Shown: positions 9,121 to 17,843 of the stretch, piece after piece
How the letters are laid out: every line of letters begins with the position of its first letter
Numbering within the stretch: position 1 is the stretch's first letter
IMG/VR virus record: IMGVR_UViG_2700988815_000001
Span: 1 to 64,000 of that record
Origin: a virus
Lineage: Duplodnaviria; Caudoviricetes
Length of the DNA stretch: 64,000 bases
Strand: one strand, 5' to 3'
Notes under the pieces: generated by a model
The model's database searches: none
The model's input: only the letters and a program-made list of their open reading frames with translations
Told to the model about the DNA's origin: nothing
Translations under genes and position numbers: made by a program

Positions 9121-9320
9121 TTCATTCTCCTGTTAGGGGAAGCGTAACTCGCCTCCACTGCTAATTGTACCATGTCAAACAGGATGTGTACACCCCGATT
9201 GTAGTACGGGCCACTCTTCCAGCGAGCTTCCTCGATCTTGTCGAGCATGTAGGCTTTGTCGCTCTCTTCAAGCATTTCCACTCCAAGCATAAACTTGTCT
9301 CGGATTTCTTCTGGTTTCAT
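9117..9320 (-). CDS. Hypothetical protein
   Basis: Coupled ORF with RBS. Confidence 0.75.
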   Translation of the reverse strand: MKPEEIRDKFMLGVEMLEESDKAYMLDKIEEARWKSGPYYNRGVHILFDMVQLAVEASYASPNRRMK

Positions 9321-9328
9321 AGCTACTC

Positions 9329-9544
9329 CTAGCAGTTGCAGTCTGCCCTTACAATACGTTGGTTTTCTTTGACTACGCGGATGCTTGAGATAGCCCAGCC
9401 GAACAGCAGGGACTCTTCAAACTCTCCATGAATGTCATACTTGTCAACGTCGTCAGCAACAATCAACGTCGATGTGGTACGTTGTGGCTTACCATTAGCC
9501 TCTTTGTTGATCATATGCACGAATTCAACTGACACAACTTTCAT
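9329..9544 (-). CDS. Hypothetical protein
   Basis: TAATG coupling. Confidence 0.7.
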   Translation of the reverse strand: MKVVSVEFVHMINKEANGKPQRTTSTLIVADDVDKYDIHGEFEESLLFGWAISSIRVVKENQRIVRADCNC

Positions 9545-10122
9545 TACATTCCTCCAATCCATTTGCTGATGCGATCATAGTCTGCCTGTTTGCTCAGGTT
9601 GAAGACGCTATCTGCACCAATGTGTTCAATTGCCAGATTGATTGCAGTGGCCGTTCCGCCTTTTGGGTTGCCATGTTTATCCAGTCGCGTCCATGCTATC
9701 AGCATTTTGGATGGCTGGTCAAGCGTTCTTCCCAATACTTGAAAGACGTTACGAGTGTGCATCTTCTTGGCACCTTGTTTGCATGCTGCCCAAGCTGGGT
9801 GGATAGCCTCAGCCATACACTCCGCAATGCGTTCGTCAGTGAGTTTAATATCACTCGGGAGAATATTCAAGCCTCCATGAGTATATTTGTGATGGTTTTC
9901 GTAGCCTGCCCACGGTAGGTAGATTTCAGCGGGTGTCCAGTCATAAGGCCCGTCCAACCCGGCGAATTCAAACATCCCATTCTCAAACGCTTGATCTGCT
10001 CCTAAAGCACCTCCAGATCGTAGTGTCCAACCTTGAGAGGCGAGGGCATAGCCCACGCGCTCCATCAGGTCTAGAATGTTAGCAGGCGTCTCTCTCGATC
10101 CAACGCCTGTATACCACTTCAT
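9544..10122 (-). CDS. SLOG/DprA-like nucleotide-binding protein
   Basis: YTGVGSRETP, LRSGGALGADQAFE, RN and GGTATA motifs. Confidence 0.85.
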   Translation of the reverse strand: MKWYTGVGSRETPANILDLMERVGYALASQGWTLRSGGALGADQAFENGMFEFAGLDGPYDWTPAEIYLPWAGYENHHKYTHGGLNILPSDIKLTDERIAECMAEAIHPAWAACKQGAKKMHTRNVFQVLGRTLDQPSKMLIAWTRLDKHGNPKGGTATAINLAIEHIGADSVFNLSKQADYDRISKWIGGM

Positions 10123-10430
10123 TACTTCACAGACCACGTTTCAACTTTGGACTCTTTTGGCGTCTCCTTCGGCAAGCCAACGTTTACCATCGCCAGAATG
10201 CTTACCTTCACAGAAGACAGGGCATCACCGATCATACGGCATGGCAGGATGAACGGGCCATACACCGCTTCACCACAAGCCTCAGAGAAGTCTCTGGAAG
10301 TCACACGACGCACTTCCTTGAACCGAATGCTGTACAGGTAGTAGAACACGTAGGTGAGGTACACAATGCCATAAGCGATTGCGATTTTCAGCCAGTGAGT
10401 GAATAGGAATTCCAGTGCAGAATCAATCAT
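10122..10430 (-). CDS. Membrane protein
   Basis: N-terminal TM helix. Confidence 0.7.
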   Translation of the reverse strand: MIDSALEFLFTHWLKIAIAYGIVYLTYVFYYLYSIRFKEVRRVTSRDFSEACGEAVYGPFILPCRMIGDALSSVKVSILAMVNVGLPKETPKESKVETWSVK

Positions 10431-10584
10431 TTTTATCTCTCCCTTCAAGTTTACGCCATGCGGCATCAGTTTGTTTCAAAAGAGCGTCTAGCTCCTTGAA
10501 TTTCTTTAGTTTGTAAAGCTCTAAGGCTTCACTGCCCGGTGCCAGCCAGTGGCCCGGTCTATACTCAACTGCGTCTCGGTACAT
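10423..10584 (-). CDS. Small hypothetical protein (53 aa)
   Basis: Hand translation MYRDAVEYRPGHWL...; fills the gap. Confidence 0.5.
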   Translation of the reverse strand: MYRDAVEYRPGHWLAPGSEALELYKLKKFKELDALLKQTDAAWRKLEGRDKND

Positions 10585-11071
10585 CTTCTTCCCTCAGCAC
10601 GTAGATAGTGACATTGAAGCGATCATCGAACACATCGTTGATGATTTCAGCTATTGTATCCCAATCCCCACCACCAAGTCCAGCACCAATTTTAGGGAAT
10701 CCAACATTCCACAAATCTCGGCCAGTCAGAAGGTCATCACGCATTGCAACCAATGCTTCCTCCAGTTTGAGGTAGTTTGTGTACGCTGCGGCGTCGTAGC
10801 CGTAGTTGTACTGGCCGTAGAGGTTGTACACAAGCCCTGTTGGCTCTCCAGCTTCGTTACGCAACTGACCTACAGAGATATCGCCAAACTTGTGGATATC
10901 GCCCTTGCCAGTGAGTTGATCCGCTTCCCAAGCACACGGCAGTCGAAGGCGAATAGCCTTGGCAACGCCAGAGTTCATCGTGTTGAAGCAGTTGGCTTGA
11001 TGGCCGATTGCTACCACTTCACCGCTGATAACGGCATCACAGATATCGCCTACTTTGTAGTTAAGAGTCAT
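10565..11071 (-). CDS. Macro domain (ADP-ribose binding/hydrolase)
   Basis: GDI, HQANC..MNSGVAKAI and FPKIGAGLGGGDW motifs. Confidence 0.92.
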   Translation of the reverse strand: MTLNYKVGDICDAVISGEVVAIGHQANCFNTMNSGVAKAIRLRLPCAWEADQLTGKGDIHKFGDISVGQLRNEAGEPTGLVYNLYGQYNYGYDAAAYTNYLKLEEALVAMRDDLLTGRDLWNVGFPKIGAGLGGGDWDTIAEIINDVFDDRFNVTIYVLREEDVPRRS

Positions 11072-11190
11072 GTGTAAAGAGTCTCCTTGAAGTGTTTTGG
11101 TTTAGCCATTTGGCGTTCGTGGTATTTCTCATGAATGTCAGCCAGCAGTGCGATGCCTGCCAAGCCAAGAATGAACAAAAAGATTTCCAT
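11068..11190 (-). CDS. Small membrane peptide (40 aa)
   Basis: MEIFLFILGLAGIALLA...; AGGAGG RBS. Confidence 0.6.
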   Translation of the reverse strand: MEIFLFILGLAGIALLADIHEKYHERQMAKPKHFKETLYT

Positions 11191-11203
11191 GTTTCCTCCT
11201 TTG

Positions 11204-11229
11204 AAAAAGAAGCCCCTCCGAAGAGGGGC
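11204..11229 (-). terminator. Intrinsic terminator
   Basis: GCCCCTC-ttcg-GAGGGGC-TTCTTTTT. Confidence 0.85.
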
Positions 11230-11235
11230 GATACA

Positions 11236-13011
11236 TCATACAGATCGAGAACGAATCTCATCCAGAGTGGAACGCCTCAAGAATACGCCATCACGGTAGA
11301 ACACAGTCAACAGTTGCTCACCGTCGTTTTCACGCTCAGCAGTTACGTTGTCTTCCAGATACAGCGGCCATCCGTCTTGCTCAACATCAGCACTCACGTG
11401 CAGACGACCTTTGGCACTTTTCTTCTTGCTGTCAGTCTTCGGGTCTTTGTAGATTGCAACATCCTTACCGTCGATAACGGAGTGGGTTGCTTTCACAGCG
11501 AAGCCGAAAACATCACGTGTCACACACTGGTAGGTGTAAGAACCAACACCAAACACAACGTTTGCAGCAGCGTAGCCATTCTCAGCCAAACGACGCAGGA
11601 TTTCTTCTGCACGCTTGGTGGTGATTGAGTCACCATAGATCAGACCGATGTGCGAGTCAAGCAGTTTGTGACCTGTTTCAGTGATAGTGCCACCGAAGGT
11701 TTTCCACAGAGTGCGAATTGCACCAGCTACTTCCTCGTAAGCGAAAGTGATATCAGTATCAATACCGCAGCCATCATCACTTGCTGAGAAGTCGTAGAAC
11801 ACGCCACCAATTTTAATACAGTCGTTGTGACTGTAGTCACGGAAGGTGCCATTCTGCTCCACGTAGTCATAAGCAGCATCTTCATTTTCGAAGTCGATTG
11901 CCTTGCCGTCAGCACCAGCTACTGGACGCATGCCGCAGATGACCTTCACAGGATCACCAGAGTCTGGACGTACAACAACTTTGCCCGGTTGCAGACCCAG
12001 TGGGTCACGACGCATGATCACAGCTTTCAGGTACGGATACCCGCGAGTGAGCATACCCCAGAAGTCGTATGTGTCGCTGACGTTCGATACAATGCCGTTA
12101 GGCACGATACGGGTAATCAGGTCGTACACGAACATCACTTCGGCAATCAGTCGCAGTTCTTCACCAGCAACCATCATGTTCACGAAGATTTGAGTCTGTT
12201 CTTCGCTAGCAAACTCGTAGGTGCCTTCTTCCAGCTCTGCCAGAATCGACAGGATGTTGTTGGAAGTTACAGCGTGCTCTGTTGCTGGAACAGAGATACC
12301 GATCAGACCAGTTGCATCGTAATACTTCTTGGCGTGACGGATAGCTGGCAGTGTATCTGTGCCAACAAACTGAGTCAAGTGACCAACACCGCTACGAGCA
12401 GCGTCTTCTACACCAGACATACCACGCATCGAGAAGTCGTGACACATAACCGAGACAGTGAAGGCATCGTAGCAGCCGGTCAGCTTGGTGTAGTGCTCAC
12501 AGATCAAACGATATTCACGTGCAACAGTTGCGTTGGTTGCAGTCTTCCAAGTGGTGCAAGACAGCGGAGTTTCGTGGTAGTTCACCAACCAGAAGAAGTC
12601 ATCCAGAGTGTTGGTGATGGTCAGGACAGGAATACCCATCGGAACCAGCGTACCTTCTGGCAGGGAGCGGAACTCCAGCGGCAGGTAGCCCAGATCGTGC
12701 AGGGCAGCCATTTGTGCCGAAGTTGGCAGATCACGACCGAGGTAGCCCATCAGGAACTCTTCGTATTCAGCGATCACAACATCTTTAGGTTGCTTGAAGA
12801 ACGATGCTTCCCAGTTTTCATGCAGCTCTTGTACAGCAGCTTGACCACCAACCCAAACCAGCTTGCCATCGTAGAACGAGGTGCAGCTACGGCGGTGAAT
12901 CTTGTCAGTACGTGGAGTCAGGTTAGAGCCAACTCGGGTAGTCTTACGGCGATACATTGGGCCGTGGCCGAGTTTGTAACCATCAGTAGCGAACATCATT
13001 TCAAAGAACAT
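11236..13011 (-). CDS. nadV: Nicotinamide phosphoribosyltransferase family (probable Namat of NARP1)
   Basis: TDGYKLGH, HDFSMRG, VPATEH, VSDTYD, VRPDSGDP, IYGDSIT and KDPKTD..KKSAKG motifs. Confidence 0.93.
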   Translation of the reverse strand: MFFEMMFATDGYKLGHGPMYRRKTTRVGSNLTPRTDKIHRRSCTSFYDGKLVWVGGQAAVQELHENWEASFFKQPKDVVIAEYEEFLMGYLGRDLPTSAQMAALHDLGYLPLEFRSLPEGTLVPMGIPVLTITNTLDDFFWLVNYHETPLSCTTWKTATNATVAREYRLICEHYTKLTGCYDAFTVSVMCHDFSMRGMSGVEDAARSGVGHLTQFVGTDTLPAIRHAKKYYDATGLIGISVPATEHAVTSNNILSILAELEEGTYEFASEEQTQIFVNMMVAGEELRLIAEVMFVYDLITRIVPNGIVSNVSDTYDFWGMLTRGYPYLKAVIMRRDPLGLQPGKVVVRPDSGDPVKVICGMRPVAGADGKAIDFENEDAAYDYVEQNGTFRDYSHNDCIKIGGVFYDFSASDDGCGIDTDITFAYEEVAGAIRTLWKTFGGTITETGHKLLDSHIGLIYGDSITTKRAEEILRRLAENGYAAANVVFGVGSYTYQCVTRDVFGFAVKATHSVIDGKDVAIYKDPKTDSKKKSAKGRLHVSADVEQDGWPLYLEDNVTAERENDGEQLLTVFYRDGVFLRRSTLDEIRSRSV

Positions 13012-13039
13012 TGTGTCTCTCCTTTGTGTTTGTCTATGT

Positions 13040-13073
13040 GGGCCATCTTACAGACTGGCCCGAGGTGTGTCAA
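13040..13073 (-). promoter_or_regulatory. Sigma70-like promoter with GGGCCA/TGGCCC inverted repeat
   Basis: TTGACA-17-TAAGAT upstream of the Nampt-like gene. Confidence 0.75.
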
Positions 13074-13076
13074 CAG

Positions 13077-13820
13077 TTATTTTGGCTGTTCGCAGTAGAA
13101 CTTAGGGTTCATCATCAGCGGTGCATCTTCTGGCAGGTAGCACTGTGGTTCCACTTGAGGCTTAGCCACTGGAGCCTGATTCATCATCAGCAGGGCATTG
13201 TTAGTTGCTTGCTGATTAGCAGTCAGGGCGTTAACTTGGGCTTGCAGAGCTTTTTCAGCACTGTTGTCGGTCAAGGCATCATAAATCATCATGCCAGCAA
13301 ACGCACCCATCAGCGAAGAGCCAAACCCGCTTCCACCAGAGTTATAGCCATAGCCATTACCATAGTACCGACCACCATAACCTCGATTATATCCATTGTA
13401 GCCTCCATAATTGTAGTAGTTGCGTTGGATCACAACCTGCTTCGGACGGTAGGAGGCTTTGTAGGCTGTAGGGCTTGCCACCTTACGAGCATACACTGGC
13501 TTTGGAGCCGGAGTGCTACTCACCTTCTTCTGTGTAAACCAGCCACCAGAAGTGGTTGTGGTCTTGGTCGGAGCACTCTTGTATACGTTAGACGATACGG
13601 GAACACTTCGATTGCTTACCGTCGGGATAGAAGCAGGCTTTGTAAAGCCCATATCCTTGAGTTTTTGATTGCTGGATGGCTTTGGCGCCGATACCTTCGA
13701 CGCTGACATCTTTGGGGCAGAGTAACTGCTCCGTGAACTCACACGACTCTTTGCGTCAACCACTCCAACAACAGTGGTCATCATCAGCAGTGCTACAGCT
13801 AAAGCTTTAAAAGTTTTCAA
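13077..13820 (-). CDS. Exported low-complexity (Ser/Lys/Gly-Tyr-rich) protein
   Basis: Signal peptide ending VDA; GY-rich tract; hydrophobic segment. Confidence 0.75.
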   Translation of the reverse strand: MKTFKALAVALLMMTTVVGVVDAKSRVSSRSSYSAPKMSASKVSAPKPSSNQKLKDMGFTKPASIPTVSNRSVPVSSNVYKSAPTKTTTTSGGWFTQKKVSSTPAPKPVYARKVASPTAYKASYRPKQVVIQRNYYNYGGYNGYNRGYGGRYYGNGYGYNSGGSGFGSSLMGAFAGMMIYDALTDNSAEKALQAQVNALTANQQATNNALLMMNQAPVAKPQVEPQCYLPEDAPLMMNPKFYCEQPK

Positions 13821-13833
13821 GTGTATCTCCTAA

Positions 13834-14238
13834 TTAGTCACAAGATGACGAAGAGCTGCTACTGGAACTGCTGTCACACGAAGAGCTGGAACTGCTTGAG
13901 CTGTCACCACCCCAACTGGAGTAGCTGCTGTAGCTGTCATCAGATCGACTTGAGTAGCTGCTTCCACCGCTAGAACTCCGCGAACTGGAGCTAGAATACG
14001 ACTTTGGCTTTGGCTTGTCAACTGGTTTTTCAACCGGCTTCACATAAGCCCTTGGGATGCCAGCATTCACACGTGCTGCTTGTTCAACTTCGAACTGACG
14101 CTCTAGTTTATCCAGAGTGCGTACACTCTCTTTGTAGTCTTCCAGACGTGCAACCCGAAGCTCAACAGGCTCCCGCACAATCAGCCAAATCAACAGCAGA
14201 ACAGCAGAACCAATTACAGCCATAATCAAAAGTTCCAT
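13834..14238 (-). CDS. Membrane-anchored protein with poly-Ser tail
   Basis: N-terminal TM helix; SSSSCD repeats at the C-terminus. Confidence 0.75.
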   Translation of the reverse strand: MELLIMAVIGSAVLLLIWLIVREPVELRVARLEDYKESVRTLDKLERQFEVEQAARVNAGIPRAYVKPVEKPVDKPKPKSYSSSSSRSSSGGSSYSSRSDDSYSSYSSWGGDSSSSSSSSCDSSSSSSSSSSCD

Positions 14239-14247
14239 AAAGCCTCC

Positions 14248-15135
14248 TTAGTATTTCATCACAGTGAGTTTTTCGTTGTTCAGCTCGTCCTGTGGCAGAG
14301 AGTCAGTGGTATAGATTCGATCATACACCCTTGTCAAGTCGTTCAAACCTTTCGAGAAGATACCGTGTGTGACAGCCAGCTCGATACGATCAATGTCATC
14401 TGCGTGTACAACTCCGAAGATTGTGTGAGCAACCTCAGTGAAGGTGCGACCACCATCGCAAATATCATCCAAGATCAGAAGTTGGACTTTACCAGAAAGA
14501 ATCTCTGGGTTCAACACCTCCATGCCCAGAATTTTGCCATCTGCAAGGTTACGCTTCTTGTTGCATTGCAACACGTTCTTCGCCCCAACACGTTTGGCAA
14601 AGTCTTCGGTCTTCTTCGCAGCGCCCATGTCAGGAGCAACGATGATCCAGTTATGCCAATCAGTTTTGATACGCCCAAAGGCGTCAAACTGGTCAGTGAC
14701 GAAGCAACGATCCAAACAACCCACTACAACGGCACTGTGAGGGTCTAGAACGGTCACTGTGGCGTAGTTCTGTGCGTTGATGAGTGTAGCTATCACCTTG
14801 ACGCTCAAAGCCTCTCCAGCGTTGCATACGCGGTCTTGGCGTGCATACGGGAAGTAGGGGATCAGAAGGTCAATCTGAGCCAGCGGGTAAACACGACGCA
14901 GAGCATCAGTTGCAAGGAACATCGCCATCAGTTGGTCGCTGTTCTGAATCTTTGCAATAAGGTCAATACGTGTGACGTTGCTGGTATAGCCTTGTTTCCA
15001 ATCTACAGAGCCAGTGTTGATGTTCACACCAACCTCACCACCCGGAAAGGTCATGGTGCTGACGGATACACGTTGGTTACGCGAGCCGTTCAAGGTGTAG
15101 AACAGATTTTCGTTAAAGCCAGTATTCCAAGCCAT
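14248..15135 (-). CDS. prs: Ribose-phosphate pyrophosphokinase family (probable Adps of NARP1)
   Basis: FPGGE, PYFPYARQDR, DPHS, APDMGA, LDDICDGGRTF and VTHGIFS motifs. Confidence 0.93.
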   Translation of the reverse strand: MAWNTGFNENLFYTLNGSRNQRVSVSTMTFPGGEVGVNINTGSVDWKQGYTSNVTRIDLIAKIQNSDQLMAMFLATDALRRVYPLAQIDLLIPYFPYARQDRVCNAGEALSVKVIATLINAQNYATVTVLDPHSAVVVGCLDRCFVTDQFDAFGRIKTDWHNWIIVAPDMGAAKKTEDFAKRVGAKNVLQCNKKRNLADGKILGMEVLNPEILSGKVQLLILDDICDGGRTFTEVAHTIFGVVHADDIDRIELAVTHGIFSKGLNDLTRVYDRIYTTDSLPQDELNNEKLTVMKY

Positions 15136-15159
15136 GTTAGTAGCCTCCTTTGTTTGTGT

Positions 15160-15194
15160 GAGGCCATTCTGTCAGGAGTGGCCTCCACTGTCAA
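15160..15194 (-). promoter_or_regulatory. Sigma70-like promoter with GAGGCCA/TGGCCTC inverted repeat
   Basis: TTGACA-17-CAGAAT upstream of the PRS-like gene. Confidence 0.7.
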
Positions 15195-15197
15195 GCG

Positions 15198-15593
15198 TTA
15201 AATTGCAACTTGAAAAGCACGTCGCATATCGTCCAAAGCTTCTTGGGGAACGTCATGGATGTTCTGTCCTCCACGGCGGTTCTCTACGACGATGTACGTC
15301 ACACGGTGCCCATACTTCTCAGCCAACTTCCTGTAGTTTTTGAGGCTCTTGCTAGTCGGGAAGACGTTAGACACCACAACTGGCTCGCCCTCAGCCATAG
15401 TGGACTCAGTATCACGCAAGCACTGACGATAAGCATAAGCCATACGCCCCGGAGTCCAAACATAGTCTCCTTCCTCCGTGTAGAGGTATTGGTCGTGCTC
15501 AAAGTGGTTGCAATCCAGTGCATTAGCCAGCTCCATCGCAAATGTTGACTTTCCCGATCCCGGCAGCCCGCGAATCAAATAGAGATTTGACAC
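15198..15593 (-). CDS. P-loop kinase (polynucleotide-kinase-like, AAA_33)
   Basis: LIRGLPGSGKST Walker A; NIHDVP motif. Confidence 0.85.
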   Translation of the reverse strand: MSNLYLIRGLPGSGKSTFAMELANALDCNHFEHDQYLYTEEGDYVWTPGRMAYAYRQCLRDTESTMAEGEPVVVSNVFPTSKSLKNYRKLAEKYGHRVTYIVVENRRGGQNIHDVPQEALDDMRRAFQVAI

Positions 15594-15729
15594 GTTCAAT
15601 TTCCTCCACATAGCGGTTCAACGGCAGCAATACAGCCACAATCAAACCATATTCAACATCACCAGAGAAAGCGGCACTCTGCCGCAATCTGTTCTGGAAG
15701 TCTTTCAGTTCTTCCAATGGAACTGTCAT
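15523..15729 (-). CDS. Hypothetical protein
   Basis: TAATG coupling; overlaps the kinase start. Confidence 0.5.
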   Translation of the reverse strand: MTVPLEELKDFQNRLRQSAAFSGDVEYGLIVAVLLPLNRYVEEIERVKSLFDSRAAGIGKVNICDGAG

Positions 15730-16145
15730 TAGATCAACTTCTCCATCAGGATAGCTTTGGCGTCAGCCGCAGTGAGGGATTCAAGGATCACCTCTTTAGC
15801 CACTTTCTTCACTTCCTGACGGACGCGAAGGTCGATAGCGTTGGTGGCAGACGATACAGCGTCTTCAACAGCCTGAGTCAGAGCCGCTTTCACTTCGGCA
15901 CGTACAGCGTTGTTGATAACCTCCAGAAGCTTGGCATCCTTGATGACTCGGGCAGTGCCGTAGTAGCTCTCACGTGGAGCCATCTTATCCAGACAGCCGT
16001 TCACACGGTCGATTACAGCCTGTTGGATGTTGTCGTTCTTGATGTTGTTGAGAACCGCTTGCTGGATTTCAACAGCAAAGGTTGGGTTCTCAGCGATCAG
16101 GGAACGAAGGCCAGCAGTATCAAGTCGCAGTGTCATGTTGCTCAT
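15729..16145 (-). CDS. Hypothetical helical protein
   Basis: Strong codon bias; RBS. Confidence 0.8.
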   Translation of the reverse strand: MSNMTLRLDTAGLRSLIAENPTFAVEIQQAVLNNIKNDNIQQAVIDRVNGCLDKMAPRESYYGTARVIKDAKLLEVINNAVRAEVKAALTQAVEDAVSSATNAIDLRVRQEVKKVAKEVILESLTAADAKAILMEKLI

Positions 16146-17050
16146 TAGTATTCTCCTTTCTTGGCGTCATAAACAATTTCGTGGAAGTACATTTCAATTA
16201 CAGCTCGACGCTCTGCGTCAGTGTAAGCAGTCCAACGTTCAACGCTGAACCAGCGAGTGATGTAATGTACTACATGGTAGAACTCTTCGTCAATGGTTTT
16301 CAGAAACTCTGACTTATCATTGAACATTTGATCAACTTTCTTCGCACCCATACGCATGAGGAATTTCTTCGTCAGGTAGTGTGGCGACTTGATCTTCATG
16401 ACTGTCTCGCCGTTAGGCAGACGAACCATATAACCTTCGTGCTTGCACTCTTGTGCCATTGTCCACAGCTCACCAAAGGTTCCGTAGAACACTTCTGGAC
16501 GTTTAGCTTTGAGAAACTTAGCCTCTACATCCAACCACTCTTCTGTCATCATTGTGCCAGTGTTCATAGAGCGAGCACCGATCAACCAAGCACCCGGAAC
16601 CTCTTCAACGATGTGTGGATCAGATGGGTCACAAATCTCAAAGAGATAGGTTAACTCAGCATCCATATCGTTATAGACTAGCTTCTCAATATGCTGGCGA
16701 GCCAACACAGCGAAGTCAGAATCCAGAGAACCAGTTGTCGAAACAATCAGCTCACCATTCCAGTAACGGCAAGCCGCCATGAAACCATTGACCTTACGTG
16801 GTGCAATGATCTGTGTGTCAGCCCGAAGCTCAGCTCCAGCACCGTTCTCGTTGTGGTTGAACACCTTGGTGAAGGGCCAAATCACTTTGTTACCCTCGTC
16901 GTCCAAGACAATCCCGCGTGCTTCCAGCAGCAGTGGATCAGTGTTCCAGAGCGCATCATAGAACACCTTCCGTGCGTACTTGAACACAGAGAGGCCGTTC
17001 TCATAACGCTTACGCTTTACCAAACCAGCCTCAATCAGTGCATCAAACAT
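16145..17050 (-). CDS. RNA ligase (T4 Rnl1-like)
   Basis: EARG, PFTKVFN, KVNG (motif I), YLFEI, EGYMV and KIKS motifs. Confidence 0.9.
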   Translation of the reverse strand: MFDALIEAGLVKRKRYENGLSVFKYARKVFYDALWNTDPLLLEARGIVLDDEGNKVIWPFTKVFNHNENGAGAELRADTQIIAPRKVNGFMAACRYWNGELIVSTTGSLDSDFAVLARQHIEKLVYNDMDAELTYLFEICDPSDPHIVEEVPGAWLIGARSMNTGTMMTEEWLDVEAKFLKAKRPEVFYGTFGELWTMAQECKHEGYMVRLPNGETVMKIKSPHYLTKKFLMRMGAKKVDQMFNDKSEFLKTIDEEFYHVVHYITRWFSVERWTAYTDAERRAVIEMYFHEIVYDAKKGEY

Positions 17051-17052
17051 AA

Positions 17053-17274
17053 TTATTGCTCCAGAGTCAGTGTGCCTTCGAAAATATTGTATTGATCAAT
17101 TACCCACTGATCACCATAACTGCCGTCACTCAGAGCGACGCCGGGGAATTCATCCCCAATCACAATCCCAGTAGCCATCACAATGTAAGCTGGTGGCTCT
17201 TTGTGGATCATGAGAGTGCCCGGTACAACATCAACCTGTTCTTTGAAATCAGTCACTACAGTAAGCTTAGCCAT
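17053..17274 (-). CDS. Hypothetical protein
   Basis: Coupled ORF. Confidence 0.75.
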   Translation of the reverse strand: MAKLTVVTDFKEQVDVVPGTLMIHKEPPAYIVMATGIVIGDEFPGVALSDGSYGDQWVIDQYNIFEGTLTLEQ

Positions 17275-17843
17275 TACTCGCGTCCTCCATCGTGATGGTC
17301 AACGACGACAAACTCTTGCTTAGCCATGTGAATCTTGATTTCAGCCAACGAGAATACCTGATGTTCAGGATGGTTGTCAATGCCTACGTCCAGACGCTTC
17401 CCACGTGGTGGGCAAGAGCCGTGGGAGTGACCATGCAGGTGCCATGCACCGTGATGAGCCTTGTTCCAAGTCTCCATTGGGAAGTGGAACAGACAAACCT
17501 TTGTACGGTCAATCGTGATTTCTTTGTAATCACAAACATCCACAATGTGAGCCAGATTGTGTTTTTCAATCTCATCCCACAGTGTCTTCTGGCAGTGGTT
17601 GCCTTTGATGAACGTGATCTGACCATTCAATTGCTTGATGATTTCGACAGTCTTGTTTGCACCTTTCTTGCCAGCGAATGTGAAGTCTCCCAGATGGTAA
17701 ACCTCATCCATCAGCCCGACACGGCTGTTCCAACGGTCGATCAGCTCTTGCTCTTGTTCTTCGAAAGTCCAAGGGCGGTTGCAATACTCGACAATGTTCT
17801 TGTGCCCGAAGTGCAGGTCACTTGTAAACCAAATTTCGCTCAT
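17274..17843 (-). CDS. Calcineurin-like metallophosphoesterase
   Basis: SDLHFGH, HLGD, GNH and HGHSH motifs. Confidence 0.92.
   Translation of the reverse strand: MSEIWFTSDLHFGHKNIVEYCNRPWTFEEQEQELIDRWNSRVGLMDEVYHLGDFTFAGKKGANKTVEIIKQLNGQITFIKGNHCQKTLWDEIEKHNLAHIVDVCDYKEITIDRTKVCLFHFPMETWNKAHHGAWHLHGHSHGSCPPRGKRLDVGIDNHPEHQVFSLAEIKIHMAKQEFVVVDHHDGGRE

Noticed and set aside
11827-13098. 423-aa plus-strand ORF
   Set aside because: Antisense shadow of the Nampt-like gene
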